Positions 34,531 through 37,316 of a stretch of DNA of 37,316 bases are shown one piece after another. The notes beneath the pieces are model-generated. The model had not been told where the DNA came from. It saw only the letters and a program-made list of their open reading frames with translations, and ran no database searches. The stretch lies in the NCBI GenBank assembly GCA_964415015.1, contig CAYPXM010000003.1, positions 3,004 through 40,319 on the forward strand, in the 5' to 3' direction. Within the stretch, counting starts at the first letter, position 1; each line of letters begins with the position of its first letter. Origin of the DNA: an uncultured Muribaculaceae bacterium. Its GTDB lineage: Bacteria; Bacillota_I; Bacilli_A; RF39; UBA660. Made by a program: the position numbers and the translations under genes.

Positions 34531-35655
34531 ATGAAATTTAAAACAGAAACAAAGGAAATATTAAAAGTAATAATATTTATCGCTATTCTTTATTTACTAA
34601 TTATTAATTTTGGCAATGTTATTAATATTATTAAATTTTTATTTAATATTTTCAGTCCATTTATAATTGGTGCTTGTCTAGCATTTATAATTAATATTCC
34701 GATGCGTAATATTGAAAAGTTCTTATGTAAATTCAAGAAAAATCATGAAGGTAATGGTCTTACTAGAGCTTTAGGTATTTTAGGCGCCCTAATATTTTTA
34801 GGGGGTATCCTTGTAGGAGTTTCCTTTGTAGTAATTCCCCAGTTAATTGATAGTATAGAATTATTAATTGATAAAATGCCAACTATAATTGACCATGTAG
34901 AAAAATTCACGGTTGATTTATTTAATCGATTCCCTGATATTCAAAATCGTGTTTCAGAATTGTTTGTAAATGATAATATGAACGATTATATTTCAAAATT
35001 CTTAAATTATACCATAAATGGGGTAGGTTCAATTATTACTGTTATTATAAGTGGTGCTGCTAATACCGTTATAGCTATTATCTTTGCAATATATTTATTG
35101 TGTCAAAAGGAATATTTAAGTAAAGCATTTAAAAAAATAATCTATGCTTATTTTAAAAAGCCAAATGCCGATAAAATTAAAGAAGTTGCTAAATTAAGTA
35201 ATAAAACGTTTGCTAATTTTATCTCGGGCCAATGTGTTGATGCAATAATTCTGGGGCTTATTTTATTTATCGCTCTTACCATATTTAGAATTCCTTATGC
35301 CCCACTTATTGCTGTCCTAACCTGCATTACTGCTTTAATTCCAATATTTGGTGCGTTTATTTCAATGGCTGTAGGAGCAATAATTATTGCGATTGAAAGT
35401 CCTTTTCAAGTAATTCTATTTTTCTTAATATTTATAATTATACAACAAATAGAAGGAAATTTTATTTATCCAAAAGTAGTTGGAAAAAGCGTTTCATTAC
35501 CAGCTATGTGGACATTATTATCAATTACAATAGGTGGAAGTTTATTAGGATTAGTTGGAATGCTACTGGCATTACCAATTACATCAATCATATATCAGTT
35601 GTTTGTATTAAAAACAAATAAATTATTGAAATTAAAAGATATTAGCATTAAATAA
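34531..35655 (+). CDS. AI-2E family transporter (PerM/UPF0118)
   Basis: Polytopic membrane protein with the family-typical segment QQIEGNFIYPKVVGKSVSLP. Confidence 0.85.
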   Translation: MKFKTETKEILKVIIFIAILYLLIINFGNVINIIKFLFNIFSPFIIGACLAFIINIPMRNIEKFLCKFKKNHEGNGLTRALGILGALIFLGGILVGVSFVVIPQLIDSIELLIDKMPTIIDHVEKFTVDLFNRFPDIQNRVSELFVNDNMNDYISKFLNYTINGVGSIITVIISGAANTVIAIIFAIYLLCQKEYLSKAFKKIIYAYFKKPNADKIKEVAKLSNKTFANFISGQCVDAIILGLILFIALTIFRIPYAPLIAVLTCITALIPIFGAFISMAVGAIIIAIESPFQVILFFLIFIIIQQIEGNFIYPKVVGKSVSLPAMWTLLSITIGGSLLGLVGMLLALPITSIIYQLFVLKTNKLLKLKDISIK

Positions 35656-35724
35656 TATCTTTTAATTTGACTTTTTTAAACCATTTATATATAATAACCC
35701 TTATTAAAAAAAGGGGATAGAGTT

Positions 35725-37191
35725 ATGGGAGAATTAATTTTAACTGATCAAGCATTTTTTGATGGTAGTAATTGTGAAGTATCATTAAGTAATTGTGATT
35801 TTGGATTATCATTATATGTTGATAATGATAATCCGTTAGATAAACAACTGTTAAAAACTGAAGAGATGCAAGCTAAAATAGATGAATATATCAGTTTTGG
35901 AGATTTACTAGAAGAAGTTGACAACTTAGAAGTGTATCGAGAATTAAGAAATAACCCAAAAAATTTATGGAATAATGTCTCATACATAAAATTATGTTTT
36001 GAAAATATAGATGAACTAGAATTTATTAAAAATAATAAAAATATCCTTAGTAAAAAAATCGTTATCAATGAGTTTATTGATATTATCGACCTAGATAAAG
36101 TTCTTGCTTTATTAGATAAATTTCATGATTATCGAGATATTATTTATGTTGGGATGGTAAATAATTTTGAATATGTTTCATTAAGTGAGTGCTATCAAAC
36201 GATTATGAAAATAAAAAATATATCTGATTATATTATGAGTAAAAATTTATCACCAGTGGAATTAATAATGTATACATATGATATAGTAAGAAATCGAGTT
36301 TATAAACAAGAAGAAAATGGAGAAAAATCAACTAAATCAAGGGACTTAAGCGGTGCTTTATCTGGCCGAGATATCGTATGCGTTGGTTATGCTAATATTT
36401 TAGAAGCGATATTAAAATACTGTAACATTACTTCCTTTTGTGCCGGTCTTACCGATAAGAATAATGAAATTAGTGGGCATGAAAGAAATATTATTTATGT
36501 TAAGGATGATAAATATAATATCGATGGTGTTTATTATTTTGATACTACTTGGGATAGTAAAACTATGGGAGATGAAAACGAATATTTAAATGGCTATTTA
36601 TGTTTTGCTAAAACTCGCTTAGAAATGGAAACATACGAAAAACGACAATTTATTTATGATGAATGTCCTTATTACTTTCTTGATTTACCGAATAAAATTA
36701 AAGAATTACTAGATCATAATGAGTTAGAAAAATGTTATGAATTGTATTATAAATCAATAAAATATATGACTAGAATAATTGGTAAAAAAATCATTGATTC
36801 TGAGTATTTTTTTCCGATATTACCAAAATATAATCAATTTGATCATGATAAGTTTGTAAATGACGTTTTAGAAGTTATCGATTATTTTAATCGTCCATTA
36901 TCAGCTGAAACATATTTATTAATCCTAAATAATGTCCGAAAAATCGAGTATTATGATGACCCGGATACTTATTTATATGATTTTAATACTATGTTCAAAA
37001 TATGTATCCAATCAGATTGGAAGTTTAAAAATGATCATTTATCAAAAGAACAACAAATAATGAAATATCTATTTAATCAGGATATAAAACAAACATTTAT
37101 TAATTATGTTAGACAAGAAGAATTACCTAGGGAAATACTTGAGACAAGATTAACTAAAGTATTACTAAATATTAGAAATAAAAAGAGTTAA
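35725..37191 (+). CDS. cytoplasmic protein with a transglutaminase-like (Cys-His-Asp) core, hypothetical
   Basis: RDIVCVGYANILEAILKYCNI...ISGHERNIIYV...GVYYFDTTWD reproduces the C...H...D spacing of the transglutaminase-like papain-fold core. No signal peptide. GGGGA RBS. Confidence 0.65.
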   Translation: MGELILTDQAFFDGSNCEVSLSNCDFGLSLYVDNDNPLDKQLLKTEEMQAKIDEYISFGDLLEEVDNLEVYRELRNNPKNLWNNVSYIKLCFENIDELEFIKNNKNILSKKIVINEFIDIIDLDKVLALLDKFHDYRDIIYVGMVNNFEYVSLSECYQTIMKIKNISDYIMSKNLSPVELIMYTYDIVRNRVYKQEENGEKSTKSRDLSGALSGRDIVCVGYANILEAILKYCNITSFCAGLTDKNNEISGHERNIIYVKDDKYNIDGVYYFDTTWDSKTMGDENEYLNGYLCFAKTRLEMETYEKRQFIYDECPYYFLDLPNKIKELLDHNELEKCYELYYKSIKYMTRIIGKKIIDSEYFFPILPKYNQFDHDKFVNDVLEVIDYFNRPLSAETYLLILNNVRKIEYYDDPDTYLYDFNTMFKICIQSDWKFKNDHLSKEQQIMKYLFNQDIKQTFINYVRQEELPREILETRLTKVLLNIRNKKS

Positions 37192-37208
37192 GGACGATTT
37201 ATTTTTTC

Positions 37209-37236
37209 TTGATAATATATATTGATATGCTATAAT
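37209..37236 (+). promoter_or_regulatory. promoter of tRNA-Thr
   Basis: TTGATA at 37209-37214, 16-nt spacer, TG-C-TATAAT with the -10 at 37231-37236. Confidence 0.55.
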
Positions 37237-37246
37237 TTTAATGGAT

Positions 37247-37316
37247 GCCGATTTAGCTCAATTGGTAGAGCAACTGAATCGTAATCAGTAGGTTGAGGGT
37301 TCAAGTCCTTTAATCG
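37247..37316 (+). tRNA. tRNA-Thr (anticodon CGU), 3' end truncated by the window edge
   Basis: Acceptor GCCGATT, D arm GCTC-AATTGGTA-GAGC, anticodon stem ACTGA/TCAGT, loop AT-CGT-AA, T loop TTCAAGT. The sequence ends within the 3' acceptor strand. Confidence 0.88.

Noticed and set aside
35748-36068. Minus-strand ORF of 106 aa at the 5' end of the transglutaminase-like gene.
   Set aside because: It is antisense to the longer ORF, which has a good RBS. Its composition is low-complexity Ser/Leu/Phe.
1-37316. Alternative genetic code (Mollicutes code 4 or code 25 with TGA as a sense codon), considered because of the very low GC and the Mollicutes-like tmRNA tag ending.
   Set aside because: All conserved genes are full length under the standard code and Trp is encoded by TGG. 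The single TGA (16119-16121) sits at the expected C-terminus of its protein and is followed at once by TAA. Nothing requires TGA read-through.
1-37316. CRISPR arrays, transposases/IS elements, toxin-antitoxin pairs, restriction-modification or known defence systems.
   Set aside because: I scanned intergenic regions and all ORF translations. There are no regularly spaced direct repeats, no DDE/serine/tyrosine recombinase motifs, and no recognisable defence-gene signatures.

Overview
This is an AT-rich, densely coded chromosomal segment from a low-GC Bacillota-type bacterium. The standard code fits: Trp is TGG, stops are mostly TAA/TAG, and all conserved genes are intact. Rubrerythrin suggests an anaerobe.

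The backbone is housekeeping: rpsF (partial)-ssb-rpsR, eno, secG, rnr-smpB, rubrerythrin, clpP, a nucleoside-kinase-family gene coupled to gap, tRNA-Glu(CUC), gltX, a YugP-type Zn peptidase, T-box-controlled pheS-pheT, tmRNA (ssrA), trpS, an ABC-2 exporter pair, an HD protein, tRNA-Arg(CCU), an AI-2E permease and a truncated tRNA-Thr(CGU). I see no transposase, integrase, CRISPR array or recognisable defence genes.

Lineage-specific genes are interleaved with this backbone. They are the only candidates for something new:
- A monocistronic 768-aa modular prepilin (3756-6062). It has a class-III signal, three Ig-like repeats and two glycine-rich modules, and it sits in the conserved secG-rnr slot.
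- A two-gene minus-strand operon (25281-28124) encoding a membrane-anchored cysteine-module protein and a bitopic membrane protein. The juxtamembrane domain of the first protein recurs in an unlinked small gene (10083-10481).
- A hairpin-dense 340-bp spacer between tRNA-Glu(CUC) and gltX, with three copies of a TGCACA-armed palindrome.
- A post-ssrA cluster of a degenerate LOG-like gene plus two overlapping possible paralogues.
- Several large orphan proteins: a coiled-coil protein, a helical protein, and a cytoplasmic transglutaminase-like protein.

None of these can be assigned a function from sequence alone. All family names are recognised by eye from motifs and need HMM or structure confirmation.
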